The notes beneath the pieces were generated by a model, which did no database searches, had not been told where the DNA came from, and saw only the letters and a list, made by a program, of their open reading frames with translations. Below are positions 18,976-29,392 of a stretch of DNA of 32,000 nucleotides, one piece after another. The first letter of the stretch is position 1. Each line of letters starts with the position of its first letter. The position numbers were made by a program, and so were the translations under genes. Source of the DNA: Wolbachia endosymbiont strain TRS of Brugia malayi (lineage in GTDB: Bacteria > Pseudomonadota > Alphaproteobacteria > Rickettsiales > Anaplasmataceae); assembly GCF_000008385.1 (NCBI RefSeq), contig NC_006833.1, positions 120,001 through 152,000 of the forward strand, given 5' to 3'.

Positions 18976-20434
18976 ATAACCGTTCACGGAGATAAGGGAT
19001 TTACAAAGTGATTGTAAAAGTGTAAAGACATGAGAAGCTAAGTATAGAGTGGGTATGATAACAGGGCTGCAGAAAAGATTGTGGCGTACAAATCAAAAAA
19101 CGCTAATCTCAAAGAAGAAATAAAGGCTCTGATTATAGAAAATGATGGCTTAAAAGCAAAAATAATTGAGCTAGAAGATAAACTGGGTCTGAACTCAAAA
19201 AGTTCATCTCTACCACCATCGCAAGATATATATCGCAAAAAAACAAAAAAGAAAAGTGATAAAAAACCAGGAGGTCAGCCAGGGCATAAGGTATATAAGT
19301 GAGATTTGATGGTAGCAAATATAGTAGTAGACTATACAATTTTATCAGGTTTGTGTGTGTGGAAATAAGGTTGTTTTAGAAGATGAAATTGTCCATTAAA
19401 AGGTAGAATTACCAGAAATCAAACCAATCGTAACTGAGTACAGGTTGCAAAGAAACTATTACAGAGCTTGTGATAGGAAGGGTTCAGCTAGTTTAACCAT
19501 GGGGGTTTCAAGAGGTCCTCTAGGGTTCAATGCTAAAACAACAATTAGCAGCCTAAGTGGCTTTTTTATTAACTCGAAAAGAAAAGTACAACAAATTTTA
19601 AGCAGTATATTTAACCTCAATATAAGTCTTAGTTTAGTATCAAAGACTGAGCACAGAGTATCAAAAGATGCGCATCTGAATATGAGAAAATGAAGGAAGA
19701 ATTGAAAGAAACCTGCATATAGATGAAACATAGCACAGAAATCAAGGAGAAAGAGGCTGGGTTGGGTAATAACAACAAAGCGCTCTGACACTTCTAAAGA
19801 TGACCGAGTCTCGTGGCAAGAAGGTGTTGCAAAGTTTACTGCCAGAATACAATGGCATAGTTGTAAGCAACAATACGCTGCGTACAATTATTTTAGTTTG
19901 AAAATAGATAGATATGTTGGACACATTTGACAAGAGATTTTCAAAGATTTGCGTATAGTAAAAATATTGAAGTGAGCAAAATTGGCCAGGCGCTCAAGTC
20001 ACTCAATAACAGAGTATTTGTGGTACAAAAGCAAAAAAATAAAATTTGGTAGATGATTTACGATTTTATCAACTAATGTAAAAATTTTGAAAAAGGGTAG
20101 AACATCTTTTGTGTAAAATGACTAGGGTTATAAATGGTACTCAAACTTTGAGGATGGCTGCCAAGATGTTAAGATCTGAGGATATGGAAGTTTTTACGAA
20201 AACTTGAAGTGATAGATACAACCAATAACCTTGCAGAACGGTAAATGAGGCGCTATGTAATCTATTGTAAGAACAGCTTTTTCACTTGGTCAGAACGTGG
20301 AGAAAGATTCATAAAGATGTTGTCGATATTTTAACTTCGCGTCTAAATGGCCAAAATTCCTTTCAAAAGTTACAGAATCTAGTAACTGTTACTGCTTAAT
20401 TCTTTATTCATTTCCACAATTTGTAAACGGTTAC
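18976..20434 (+). mobile_element. Degraded IS66-family insertion sequence (transposase pseudogene)
   Basis: Imperfect terminal inverted repeats ATAACCGTTCAC (18976-) and GTAAACGGTTAC (-20434). The N-terminal ORF 19081-19302 has a coiled coil plus SSSLPPSQD...KKPGGQPGHK, typical of IS66 TnpC. Later frames show LHIDET, TTNNLAER.MRRYVIYCKNSFFTWSERGERF and many stops or frameshifts. Confidence 0.8.
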
Positions 20435-20461
20435 TACTAGATTAGTAACTACTCACTTGAG

Positions 20462-21622
20462 CTATACCTCCAAAACTAACCTGTTTGGATCTTCTATATA
20501 ATTTTTTATTTTGACGAGAAAAGTTACTGCTCCTTTGCCGTCAATTATTCTATGGTCGTAGGAGAGGGCAATGTACATCATAGGTCTAATTTCAATTGAG
20601 TTGCCCACAGCAAATGGCCTATTTTGTATTGAATGCATTCCAAGTATTCCAGATTGTGGAGGGTTTATTATCGGAGTGGAAAGGAGCGAACCGTATACTC
20701 CACCGTTTGAAATAGTAAATGTTGCATCTTCCATTTCTGATACTTGTAGCTTACCTTCTCGTGCTTTTTTACCGAGATCAGCCAAAGTTAGCTCAATTTC
20801 AGCAAATGACATCTGATCAGCATTTCGAATAGCTGGCACAACAAGACCTTTGTTAGTGCCAACGGCAACACCTATGTCATAGTAACGTTTGTATATGATT
20901 TCATCACCTGAAATTTCAGCGTTAATTTCAGGAATTTCTCTCAGTGCTTGCACCGCTGCCTTTATAAAGAACGACATGAAGCCAAGCTTTATTCCATATT
21001 TCTTTTCAAAGGTTTCTTTATATTTTGCCCTGAGATCTATAACATTTTTCATGTCAATTTCATTAAATGTGGTCAGTATCGCAGCTGTATTTTGTGAAGC
21101 TTTTAAACGAGCAGCAATTACTTGCCTTATTTTGCTCATTTTTACTCGCTCTTCTCTCCGTTCCCCACTTGCTGCACTTTTTGGCAATTCATATTGTTTT
21201 ATAGTAGGTTGTTCAGCTTTTCTCATATGATCTATCACGTCTGCTTTGGTTATCCTGCTTCCCATACCAGTCCCTTTAACACTTTCTGTACTGATTGCAT
21301 TTTCCTCCATAATTTTACGAGCTGATGGAGCGTCTCTTTTAGCAAGGTTCTCACTTTTATCTTCTTTCTTCACCTCTCCTACGGAAAGTTTTGCCAACAA
21401 TTGATCAGGGCTTATCACATCGCCTTCACTTACAAGAAATTCAGTTATTTGTCCTGAAGCTTCTGCAGTTAGTTCGAGTGCTGTTTTATCAGTTTCAATT
21501 TCAAAGATTAAGTCATCTACTTCTATTGCTTCGCCAATACTTTTCTTTATTTTGATTACACCTTCTGTGATCGATTCACCACCAAGAGTCTTTGGTGCTC
21601 TAATTTCTATAATCTTGTTCAT
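20462..21622 (-). CDS. sucB: Dihydrolipoamide succinyltransferase (E2 of 2-oxoglutarate dehydrogenase)
   Basis: 386 aa with a lipoyl domain ([11 protein letters not shown]), an E3-binding domain ([12 protein letters not shown]) and a catalytic domain ending in [10 protein letters not shown]. Confidence 0.92.
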   Translation of the reverse strand: MNKIIEIRAPKTLGGESITEGVIKIKKSIGEAIEVDDLIFEIETDKTALELTAEASGQITEFLVSEGDVISPDQLLAKLSVGEVKKEDKSENLAKRDAPSARKIMEENAISTESVKGTGMGSRITKADVIDHMRKAEQPTIKQYELPKSAASGERREERVKMSKIRQVIAARLKASQNTAAILTTFNEIDMKNVIDLRAKYKETFEKKYGIKLGFMSFFIKAAVQALREIPEINAEISGDEIIYKRYYDIGVAVGTNKGLVVPAIRNADQMSFAEIELTLADLGKKAREGKLQVSEMEDATFTISNGGVYGSLLSTPIINPPQSGILGMHSIQNRPFAVGNSIEIRPMMYIALSYDHRIIDGKGAVTFLVKIKNYIEDPNRLVLEV

Positions 21623-21716
21623 AAAACAACCTTTCGTACAAACTTGCTATAAATTTATACATGAAAAGAAACATATAATAAACTAATAAATTTATTTAGG
21701 ATTAAAAAGGGGTTTA

Positions 21717-22476
21717 CTATAACTCACTTTTAATTAGCCTGGCCCACACGCGCCAATCTCTCTCACCAAGATTGTTTTCGAAAGACAAAAGATCCTTTAC
21801 AGCTTTTGAGCAAACTTCTTCACTTAGAATTGATAATTTCCTATTCACTTCTAACGCTAAACATTTAGTTTTACACGCTTGCTCTAAGCGATACGTACAA
21901 AACATTGCTTCTTGCATAGTCCAACCACACGTTATAGATCCATAATTACGCATTAACATTACAAAATTTTCTTTCAGGTCAGTTATTAATCTCTTTCCCT
22001 CTGCATCATCAAGCGCAAGGGAGTTATAATCATGGTAAGGCATCTTGTTATAAAAGTGTATTGCCCACTGACTTATAGGAAGTATTCCATCTTTAAAAGA
22101 GGAAACTGCTACAATAGAAGATGTATGCAAGCGAAAAATTGCTTAAATGTCCTTCCTTACTTGATAAATAAAACCATGGATTACATAACCAGTTCTATTG
22201 TATTGATACTCTTTGCCCTCAATTGTACTTCCATCAAATGATACTTTCATTAATGAATTCTCATTCATTTCATTAAAGTGAATACCAAATGGATAGATAT
22301 AAGATGACTTTTGATCCTCAGAACACACTGAAAGGTAAGTATGTATGGCCATCTAGTTCTAGGTAAGAGGCAAAATCTGATAGATATATACTAAGTCTCT
22401 TTTTACCTTGCTCTTTGTTAACAATGCAATTCTTAGTCAAAACCTTCTGAAGGTTTATACAAGAAAAGAGGTTCAT
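21717..22476 (-). pseudogene. Class II aldolase/adducin-domain protein pseudogene
   Basis: ORFs 22143-22352 and 21717-22130 are in the same frame, separated by TAA at 22143-22145 (...[14 protein letters not shown]...). The N-terminal 40 codons (ATG at 22476) are in another frame. Confidence 0.7.
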
Positions 22477-22669
22477 AGTAAACTTATACTTTTAGTTTGA
22501 AATTAAGTATATCAAGAAATAAACTGTTAATTCTTAGTAAATAATCCGTTGCTACATAATCTATGAAGCCTATATAGAATTTATGCTCTCAAATGCATAA
22601 TATCTTAACCATAAAAATAATTTTCTATATAATATTTTAAATGTTTTAAAGCTTAAGTTTCATGTTATT

Positions 22670-23320
22670 ATGAATATAGATTTTAATATTATAAATAATA
22701 TGATAAACATTAATACAAAGAGACAGATAACAGGATTTTTCGTATATATTATTGGCTTTTCAGGAAGTGGTAAGCTCTCTACAGCAATAGAATTATCCAA
22801 TATGATAGATGCATTGATTGTAAACAGCAACTTTTCCAACAATACTCAAGTTTGCTCCATATATGATAATGTTTTTGAGCATAATCATATCCCTGAAGAA
22901 GTACAAGATAGAATATATAACATTGCACAAATTATGCTCCAGGCAATAGAAGCTTACCTAATTCACTCAAAAAACTATATATTTATCGATGAGCTAATGA
23001 AAAATAACGACCACAACACAAAGATGTATAACTCAGTAGTAGAGCTTAGTAAAAGGATGAACACACAAATTCTCCCTATAGTGCTGAGGTGTGACTTACT
23101 TACATTACAAAAGCGCATTAAATTAAAAAGGCAAAGGGAAAACAAGAAAGCCACTAATATAAGCAGCATTATAGAGAACTTTAGGACTCACGATTCATTT
23201 ATACCACCAAATGCCATAGAAATAGAAAATTCGAATATGAGTATAAAAGAAGTAGCCGAAAAAATAACAAGTCAGATGCATAAACTTAGCCAGATTAATA
23301 GCATTTATACAAAAGGATGA
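22670..23320 (+). CDS. P-loop kinase-like protein (AAA_33/shikimate-kinase-like fold), function unknown
   Basis: 216-aa ORF with IIGFSGSGKLSTAIEL resembling a Walker A loop, but Leu follows the Lys. The start is probably at an internal Met (MINININ...). Confidence 0.55.
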   Translation: MNIDFNIINNMININTKRQITGFFVYIIGFSGSGKLSTAIELSNMIDALIVNSNFSNNTQVCSIYDNVFEHNHIPEEVQDRIYNIAQIMLQAIEAYLIHSKNYIFIDELMKNNDHNTKMYNSVVELSKRMNTQILPIVLRCDLLTLQKRIKLKRQRENKKATNISSIIENFRTHDSFIPPNAIEIENSNMSIKEVAEKITSQMHKLSQINSIYTKG

Positions 23321-23321
23321 T

Positions 23322-23939
23322 CTATAACAATTTCATATACTGAAGCTCATTTAAATATAGAGCTTCAACTTCATTTAATTTTTGTTTATTCTTTAGTCTA
23401 TAATGGACTAATAGCCCTGCATGGCTAGCATCTAATTTTGGTAGATTGCAGTCCATATATGTAATGTAGTTATTGCCTGATGTCCTAGTGCCTAGACACT
23501 GGGCGTCATGCGTTGTAGTTGGATCTGATAATGGCAATAAATTGCAATCAAACAACTGCATATAAAATCCCTGAGAACTTTTAATCATAGCTCTAATATT
23601 TTTTTTGTTATTTGCACAAAGCAAAGACATTGCGTATGCCTGAACTTCTAATGCATTAACTCCATACAATGGCTTATTCGTAACGAGATTTATACCTTTC
23701 GCAGCTGATATACCAACTCTAATTCCATTGAAACTTCCTGGTCCAACTACTACCGCTAAATGGTCTAACTTACTGTAGTTATAGTTGTGCTTATTGAACA
23801 GAGTGTTCAAAATTTGAAAAAACGATTCTGCATGACTATTGCTGATGGAATTGTGTTCTACAAAACAATTACCATCGTGATCAATGATCGCTATTGAACT
23901 ACCACCAGTACCTACAGTATCAATTGCTAGAATAGACAT
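23322..23939 (-). CDS. tsaB: tRNA threonylcarbamoyladenosine biosynthesis protein TsaB (YeaZ)
   Basis: 205 aa with MSILAIDT..., VVVGPGSFNGIRVGISAAKG and YGVNALE, typical of TsaB. Confidence 0.85.
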   Translation of the reverse strand: MSILAIDTVGTGGSSIAIIDHDGNCFVEHNSISNSHAESFFQILNTLFNKHNYNYSKLDHLAVVVGPGSFNGIRVGISAAKGINLVTNKPLYGVNALEVQAYAMSLLCANNKKNIRAMIKSSQGFYMQLFDCNLLPLSDPTTTHDAQCLGTRTSGNNYITYMDCNLPKLDASHAGLLVHYRLKNKQKLNEVEALYLNELQYMKLL

Positions 23940-23970
23940 TATCTGAGTTTATCATAGAGTTTTGTAAACC

Positions 23971-25029
23971 TTATAGTAAGGCACCACTACTCATAATATT
24001 TGCTGAAGTTATTATTGAGTCAAACACTAAATATAATGCTGTGACTAACGAGAGCATTTTCGGAAAGAACTTAAAGTACTTTTTAAGCACAGGCAGCATT
24101 ACCATGATTCCTCCCGCCGAACTGCAACAATAGCAAATTTAAATAACAAAAAATAGAGAAGGAAAGTTATATAGTACATTATATACATAACCGGAAGTAA
24201 TTATCATTGATAATATTATAATAAAAACAATTCCCATTAAGTAAAAGCCAGCAGTTATTTGGTACAACAGATAATACAAGATCAGGTTGCTTTACATTTT
24301 TTTGCTCTCTTCAAGAGTAAAGGGCATAGTTGCATTACTAAACATTGCACTTATTACGATAATAAATGCCGGTATCATATTGCTTATGCTAATTATCCAG
24401 CTCGTGATCTTGAATGAATTTGCAGCTCCATATAAGAGAAAAATATAAAAGGTAAGTTGCGAATGTAATAACCACAAAAATTATTGAGCAACCTTTAAAT
24501 ACTGCAGATATAATCTAATCATGCTGCATTTTTAAAGTAAGCCCAAGTGCAAATACCGGAATAACCGGCGTCAAGAGTACTTTCAGAATAAACAGAGCTA
24601 AACCTGACATTTTGTGCGAGAGCTCTTTGCTCTTTTTGGGTAGCAAAACAGACACCACTATGCCGGATATAAGTTCACAAATGAGAGCATAAAAGTTAGA
24701 AAGCAGTGCAGGTAGTGTAAGCAACCATAAGGGAATAATTGTTTCTTCATACGTTATATCTTGTATTGAATAAGTGTTTTGTAGTATAAAATACCCAATT
24801 AAATAAGCTATTGAACTTGAAGCCAGGTTTGATAAGAAGATTGTCATAATAAGTAACAATATAAACTTTTAAAGATTAACATAAAAATAATAAGAGGCAT
24901 TATAAACAGCAAAGTTTCTTTGATGCTTAAGCTCATTGAGTACAAAAAGGCTTTCGTTTCTACTGGAACCAAATGACCAAAAAATACAACTGAAGTGATA
25001 ATAATAAGTAAGGTTAGTAGTTGTAACAA
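23971..25029 (-). pseudogene. Dicarboxylate/amino-acid:cation symporter (DAACS, GltP-like) pseudogene
   Basis: Reverse-strand fragments: SIKETLLFIMPLIIFMLIF, ALFILKVLLTPVIPVFALGLTL, and after frameshifts CSSAGGIMVMLPVLKKYF...LVFDSIITSANIMSSGALL*. They are split over at least four frames. Confidence 0.6.
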
Positions 25030-25039
25030 GCCCTAATAC

Positions 25040-25690
25040 AGCGATATTCTACAAATAGAATGCGGCAAGTTATTTTTCAAGTAAAGCAAAACTATCTGAA
25101 CTGCTGCAGAATATTATATCTATCTTCATCTTGCTCAAATCTTCCTGATGTAGCCTATGCATCACAAGCACAATTATTCCTTTTTTCTATTGTTGAGCCT
25201 AGTTACTAAAGTCTGATCAAACCAGCTTGTGGCACGCTTTCTAAGCGTTTCGCTTAAAGCTTGAGCGGAACTCAGTTGGTCGTTGACAATAATAAAATCA
25301 CCTTCTTTGCTGGTTAATGTTCCCCCAACAGACGTTGCAATTTTGTATTCTCTCCGCACTGTTTGAAATTTATACTTAGTATTTTGTTCTATGGATAGTT
25401 CTACTTCTAGAAATAGCTTTTTATACCAATCAGACTACATTACGCACCTAGTATCGAGCGAGTGCTTTTCGCTGGGAATAGCTCACAATTATTACTCTTA
25501 CGCATATGGGCTTCTTCGAGCGTGAAGGCATACTAAATATTATTCGTCTCACTGCACCAGTGCCTGCCGCTTCAAGTCTGTTCGCTATGACTTTTATATA
25601 TTAGTAATCATTATATTCACATCCCGTACTACCGTTTTGAAAGCATAACTCAATGAGTTTGAGAAAGTTTATATTTTCTATGTTAGTGAG
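25040..25690 (-). pseudogene. Phage-type terminase large-subunit (ATPase-domain) remnant
   Basis: The reverse strand reads EYKIATSVGGTLTSKEGDFIIVNDQLSSAQALSETLRKRATSWFDQTLVTRLNNRKKE, followed after a frameshift in an A-run by GIIVLVMHRLHQEDLS. This matches the G..tG.g.D.iiiDDP....a.S...R....W....l.tRL......iv.v.qR.HedDL pattern. The upstream part is fragmented and the nuclease half is absent. Confidence 0.55.
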
Positions 25691-25725
25691 CGTTCTTGCT
25701 GTTTATTCCACTCCCCTCTTTTTGT

Positions 25726-25766
25726 CATTCCAGTGCTCCGACATTGGGATTCAACACACTGGAATG
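25726..25766. repeat. Hairpin element CATTCCAGTG - 21 nt - CACTGGAATG
   Basis: Perfect 10-bp stem. The loop contains CATTGGGATTCAA, which shares TGGGATTCA with the rsmH insert. Confidence 0.6.
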
Positions 25767-25811
25767 GCAATTCCTCATCATACTCCACAGTATCTTTAGA
25801 TCTCGCTAAGG

Positions 25812-26300
25812 AACGACGGTAGTTACAAATATTTAAGAAATTTTTTAAATAGAAAAAAAGGCAAAAAACCCGTTGGTGGCGAGTTATTTATATTAACTTT
25901 ATAGTTAGCATTTTTTTATTCTAAACGTCCAATCTAGCTCCTTTTAAGTCATAGCTGATCTAAATTTAAACGTTAGAAAAATTACTAAGCAGAAAAAAGG
26001 TAAAAAACCCTGTTAGCTAATTATTCACTACCTATCTTTTTAAATTGGCATTTTTTACTGTGTCAAATGCTTTAACAAGCGCATTTCAATTATATTAAGT
26101 AAAAACCTGAAAGGTTATAAAGATATACGGTGCACATAGTGCAAAAAATTAAATATGAGGCATCAAGTACATTGAGTCTTTTGTCGTTTAAATCTGTATA
26201 GAGAAGATAAATAATTAGCTTCAATGTTACAATAAGGAAGCTGGTGAAGTTTGTTGAGTAGTTTTTTGTAGTTCCATTCCCTGTTTTCAAATCATAATAT
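25812..26300 (-). repeat. Copy 5 of the modular dispersed repeat (inverted orientation; A module plus B-C-B units)
   Basis: The reverse complement is collinear with copy 3. The box is AAAAAACTAC-TCAACA (26257-26252), 17 bp, then TATTGT (26234-26229). It ends in ...AAATTTCTTAAATATTTGTAACTACCGTCG. Confidence 0.85.
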
Positions 26301-26320
26301 TTATATAGTTGTGAAAGAAT

Positions 26321-27103
26321 CTAGTTATAAGGCGGAAAATGCCAATTTTTAGGTGATAATGTGAATATTTCAACACCATCCTCTGTTACTCCAAGCGTAT
26401 GTTCAAATTGTGCAGAGAGCGAAAGATCGCGTGTTGTTACTGTCCAATTATCAAGTCTACTAAGCAGAGTTTCATGTTTTCCAGCGTTGATCATTGGTTC
26501 TATTGTAAAAAACATCCCCTCCTTTAATACAAGGCTTTCACCTTGATCATAGAAATGTACTACATTAGGCGGCGCATGGAAGACTTTTCCTATACCATGT
26601 CCGCAATAGCTACGTACTATAGAATAGCCAAAATCTCTAATATACTTTTCTACAGCAAGCCCTATCTCGTTCAATTTATTACCAGGCTTAACTTGTTTTA
26701 TTGCTTCCATCAATGCAACATAAGTAGCATCACATAAGCGTTTTGCTTTTATTGATGGTTTGCCAGCCCAAAACATGCGGCTTGTATCACCATACCAACC
26801 ATTTAAAATCACCGTAACGTCGATATTTAAAATGTCCCCATCTTTAAGTGGTTTATCATCAGGAATACCATGACATACAACAGCATTTTTCGAAGTGCAA
26901 ATCGACTTGGGGTATCCTTTATAGTTTAATGGTGCCGGAATTGCACCTGCTTTGACTATAAAATCATGACATAGATCATTTAATTTATTAGTTGTTACTC
27001 CTACCTTTACGTATGGTGCAATGAAATCAAGAGTTTCAGCTGCTAATCTTCCAGCTTTACGCATAAATTCAAAATCTTTTTGTGAATGTAAAGTTATGCT
27101 CAT
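26321..27103 (-). CDS. map: Methionine aminopeptidase, type I
   Basis: 260 aa with VVCHGIP, DILNIDVT, YCGHGIG, FTIEPM and QFEHTL metal-ligand blocks. Confidence 0.93.
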   Translation of the reverse strand: MSITLHSQKDFEFMRKAGRLAAETLDFIAPYVKVGVTTNKLNDLCHDFIVKAGAIPAPLNYKGYPKSICTSKNAVVCHGIPDDKPLKDGDILNIDVTVILNGWYGDTSRMFWAGKPSIKAKRLCDATYVALMEAIKQVKPGNKLNEIGLAVEKYIRDFGYSIVRSYCGHGIGKVFHAPPNVVHFYDQGESLVLKEGMFFTIEPMINAGKHETLLSRLDNWTVTTRDLSLSAQFEHTLGVTEDGVEIFTLSPKNWHFPPYN

Positions 27104-27339
27104 ATTTTCTGTATATTATTGTAGTTACCATACACATTCTTATGCAAAATTAACAGCCTTGCTTATAGCTCGTCAGTTATCAAAGTAAGTCCCATAGGCT
27201 CCAGTGTCAAGCGTGTAACTGCACGAGCATTGCAATATGCTTCCACTAGACCAGAAAATCAGTGCGTAACGCATAACCATACGTATCAAATTAATGACAA
27301 ATGCTCAAAATTGTAAGTTAAAAATCAGATTGAATATTT

Positions 27340-27371
27340 TGTGTAATTCATAAACTTCTATGAATTACACA
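27340..27371. other. Perfect 13-bp inverted repeat (TGTGTAATTCATA-AACTTC-TATGAATTACACA) in the ftsA-map spacer
   Basis: Seen directly in the sequence. It lies 108 nt downstream of the ftsA stop. No clear U-run follows on either strand, so a terminator role is uncertain. Confidence 0.4.
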
Positions 27372-27478
27372 TCTTAGGCGTATCTTTACAGATTTGATAA
27401 AACTACTGAGGTTTTTATGGGACTCTCAAATCCTGTTAGGGCTCTTATGTTGCTTCTATAAAATCTTGTCCATAGGGC

Positions 27479-28717
27479 CTAGACTGTGACTTTTGATTTC
27501 ACCCAGTGGTACAATTTACTTATTTTACCATCCTGACCCAGCATATCAGGATTATTTTTATAAAAAGTGTCAACTATTAACTTTATAGAGCCTATGGCAG
27601 CAGAAAACACAGGATTCTTATTATATTCACCATCAAGACCACCGTACGACTCAGGGCACCCAATACGGACTTGTTTATTGAATATATAGCTTGCAATCTC
27701 CTTCATACTTGCCAGCCGACTGGTGCCACCTGTGATAACCACTTTATTAATTGGATCTTTCTGCTTCCTAAATTGCTCTTTCACCAACTCAAGTATTTCT
27801 TCAATCCTTGGTCTTATGATGTCAACAAGTTCAGATTTGGGTATTCGAGCCTGTTCATCATTCTCATTACTTTGCACTGTAATGTATTCATTCTCATCTA
27901 TTGAAGTTACAACAGTGCTACCGTACAGTATTTTTATACGCTCTGCATGTTCTATGCTTGTACATAGTCCATAAGCTATATCTCGAGTAATATGAACACC
28001 ACCGATTGGGATGCTGTTTGCATATATAAGTTTGCTTCTTTTGAAAATTCCAATTGCAGTACACCCACCTCCTATATCAACAATAGCAGTTCCAAGCTCT
28101 TTTTCATCTTCACTAAGACAAGCAAAACCTGCAGAATACGCGGAAGCAATGCAACCTGCCATACTTATACCGCTATTATTGGTTATGCAATTTTCAATGT
28201 TGGTAAGTGCCGGACGCGAAGCAGTGACAACATTAACATCAGCAGATAATCTCTTTCCATACAATCCACTAACTTCCCTTATATCAGTCATATCATCCAA
28301 GTGGTATCTCAGCGGTATATTGTGAATAATAACATTTTCTTCAATATATTTCTCAAACGTTTGAAAAATTACACGTTTTATATCCCGGTCAGAAATTTCA
28401 TGATTAGCTGCAATAATCTCATTGTGCACATTGAAAGATAAGATTCCACATCCGGCAATATTAACATATATTTGGTCTATAGTTTCCTCTGACACTTGCT
28501 CAGCTAAACCTATAGTAGATGAAATAGAGTAACTTGCATACTTTATGTCAGTTATTAATCCACCATTTATACCTTCTGCAATCTTATAACCTGTGCCTGT
28601 TATTTTATAGTTGAAGTTGCCACTTACCTTAACAATTAGACAGATAATTTTCGTTGTACCTATATCTAAAACAGCAAAAACATTTCTCTTGGGTTTTACT
28701 ATTACTGCAGAGTACAT
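27479..28717 (-). CDS. ftsA: Cell-division protein FtsA
   Basis: 412 aa actin-like ATPase with VLDIGTTKI, IVDIGGGCT and VVITGGTSRL. Confidence 0.9.
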   Translation of the reverse strand: MYSAVIVKPKRNVFAVLDIGTTKIICLIVKVSGNFNYKITGTGYKIAEGINGGLITDIKYASYSISSTIGLAEQVSEETIDQIYVNIAGCGILSFNVHNEIIAANHEISDRDIKRVIFQTFEKYIEENVIIHNIPLRYHLDDMTDIREVSGLYGKRLSADVNVVTASRPALTNIENCITNNSGISMAGCIASAYSAGFACLSEDEKELGTAIVDIGGGCTAIGIFKRSKLIYANSIPIGGVHITRDIAYGLCTSIEHAERIKILYGSTVVTSIDENEYITVQSNENDEQARIPKSELVDIIRPRIEEILELVKEQFRKQKDPINKVVITGGTSRLASMKEIASYIFNKQVRIGCPESYGGLDGEYNKNPVFSAAIGSIKLIVDTFYKNNPDMLGQDGKISKLYHWVKSKVTV

Positions 28718-28852
28718 TAGTTGACCTTATTATATAATTTCATTTAGGCAGCTTCCTTTAATAATTTATATTTCCATTACAAAAATACAGCAACATTTTA
28801 ATATATCCAAATACTGGACAAAGGAAAAAATAAAACATAGAATTATAATTTT

Positions 28853-29392
28853 ATGCCTAAATTATCAATTGTAGTTGCTCCCGATGAAAGGTTAACTACA
28901 CGTGCCAGTGAAGTAACAGGTATAAACGATAAAATTAAAGAACTAGTAAATGATATGTTCGAAACTATGTACAATGCAGAAGGTCTTGGTCTTGCTGCGG
29001 TGCAAATTGGAGTGCTAAAGAGAATTTTCGTCATGGATATCCAGCTAGAGGATATTAAAGGTGAACCAGTAGGATATGAATCCACTGGTAAATTTTGCAT
29101 GATTAATCCTGAAATTACAGAATTATCAGATGAACAAGTCATTCTCAAAGAAGGATGCCTTTCAATTCCAGAGCAAAGTCATGAAATTAGACGCCCAAAA
29201 TATTTAACTGTGAAATATAAGGACTTAAATAACAAAGAACAGACACTAAAAGCTAGTGGTTGGCTTGCAAGGTGTATCCAGCATGAGCTAGATCACCTAA
29301 ACGGCATATTATATATTAGACATTTATCTAAATTGAAGTATGATATGGCTATGAAAAAAGCAGAAAAGTTTAAGAGACACTATGAGAGATGA
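28853..29392 (+). CDS. def: Peptide deformylase
   Basis: 179 aa with GLAAVQIG, EGCLSIP and HELDHLNG motifs. Confidence 0.93.
   Translation: MPKLSIVVAPDERLTTRASEVTGINDKIKELVNDMFETMYNAEGLGLAAVQIGVLKRIFVMDIQLEDIKGEPVGYESTGKFCMINPEITELSDEQVILKEGCLSIPEQSHEIRRPKYLTVKYKDLNNKEQTLKASGWLARCIQHELDHLNGILYIRHLSKLKYDMAMKKAEKFKRHYER

Noticed and set aside
19459-19933. ORFs of 142 aa and 63 aa on the minus strand within the IS66-family element.
   Set aside because: They are antisense to recognisable transposase fragments and are a product of the degraded, AT-rich IS sequence.
20571-21325. Several ORFs of 67-113 aa antisense to sucB, with similar antisense or alternate-frame ORFs inside clpA (93-290), fbaB (1376-1639), pyrD (4574-4762), rnc (5306-5506), prs (10274-10711), ftsA (27671-28325), def (28843-29148), the UDG gene (29690-29947) and map (26361-26737).
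   Set aside because: They lie fully inside well-supported genes on the opposite strand or in another frame and have no motifs. These are shadow ORFs.
25040-26300. The terminase relic next to repeat copy 5 might mark an integrated prophage or gene-transfer-agent cluster.
   Set aside because: Only a fragment of one phage gene is present. The flanking sequence consists of a transporter relic, a repeat and map, and no portal, capsid, tail or integrase signals are visible.
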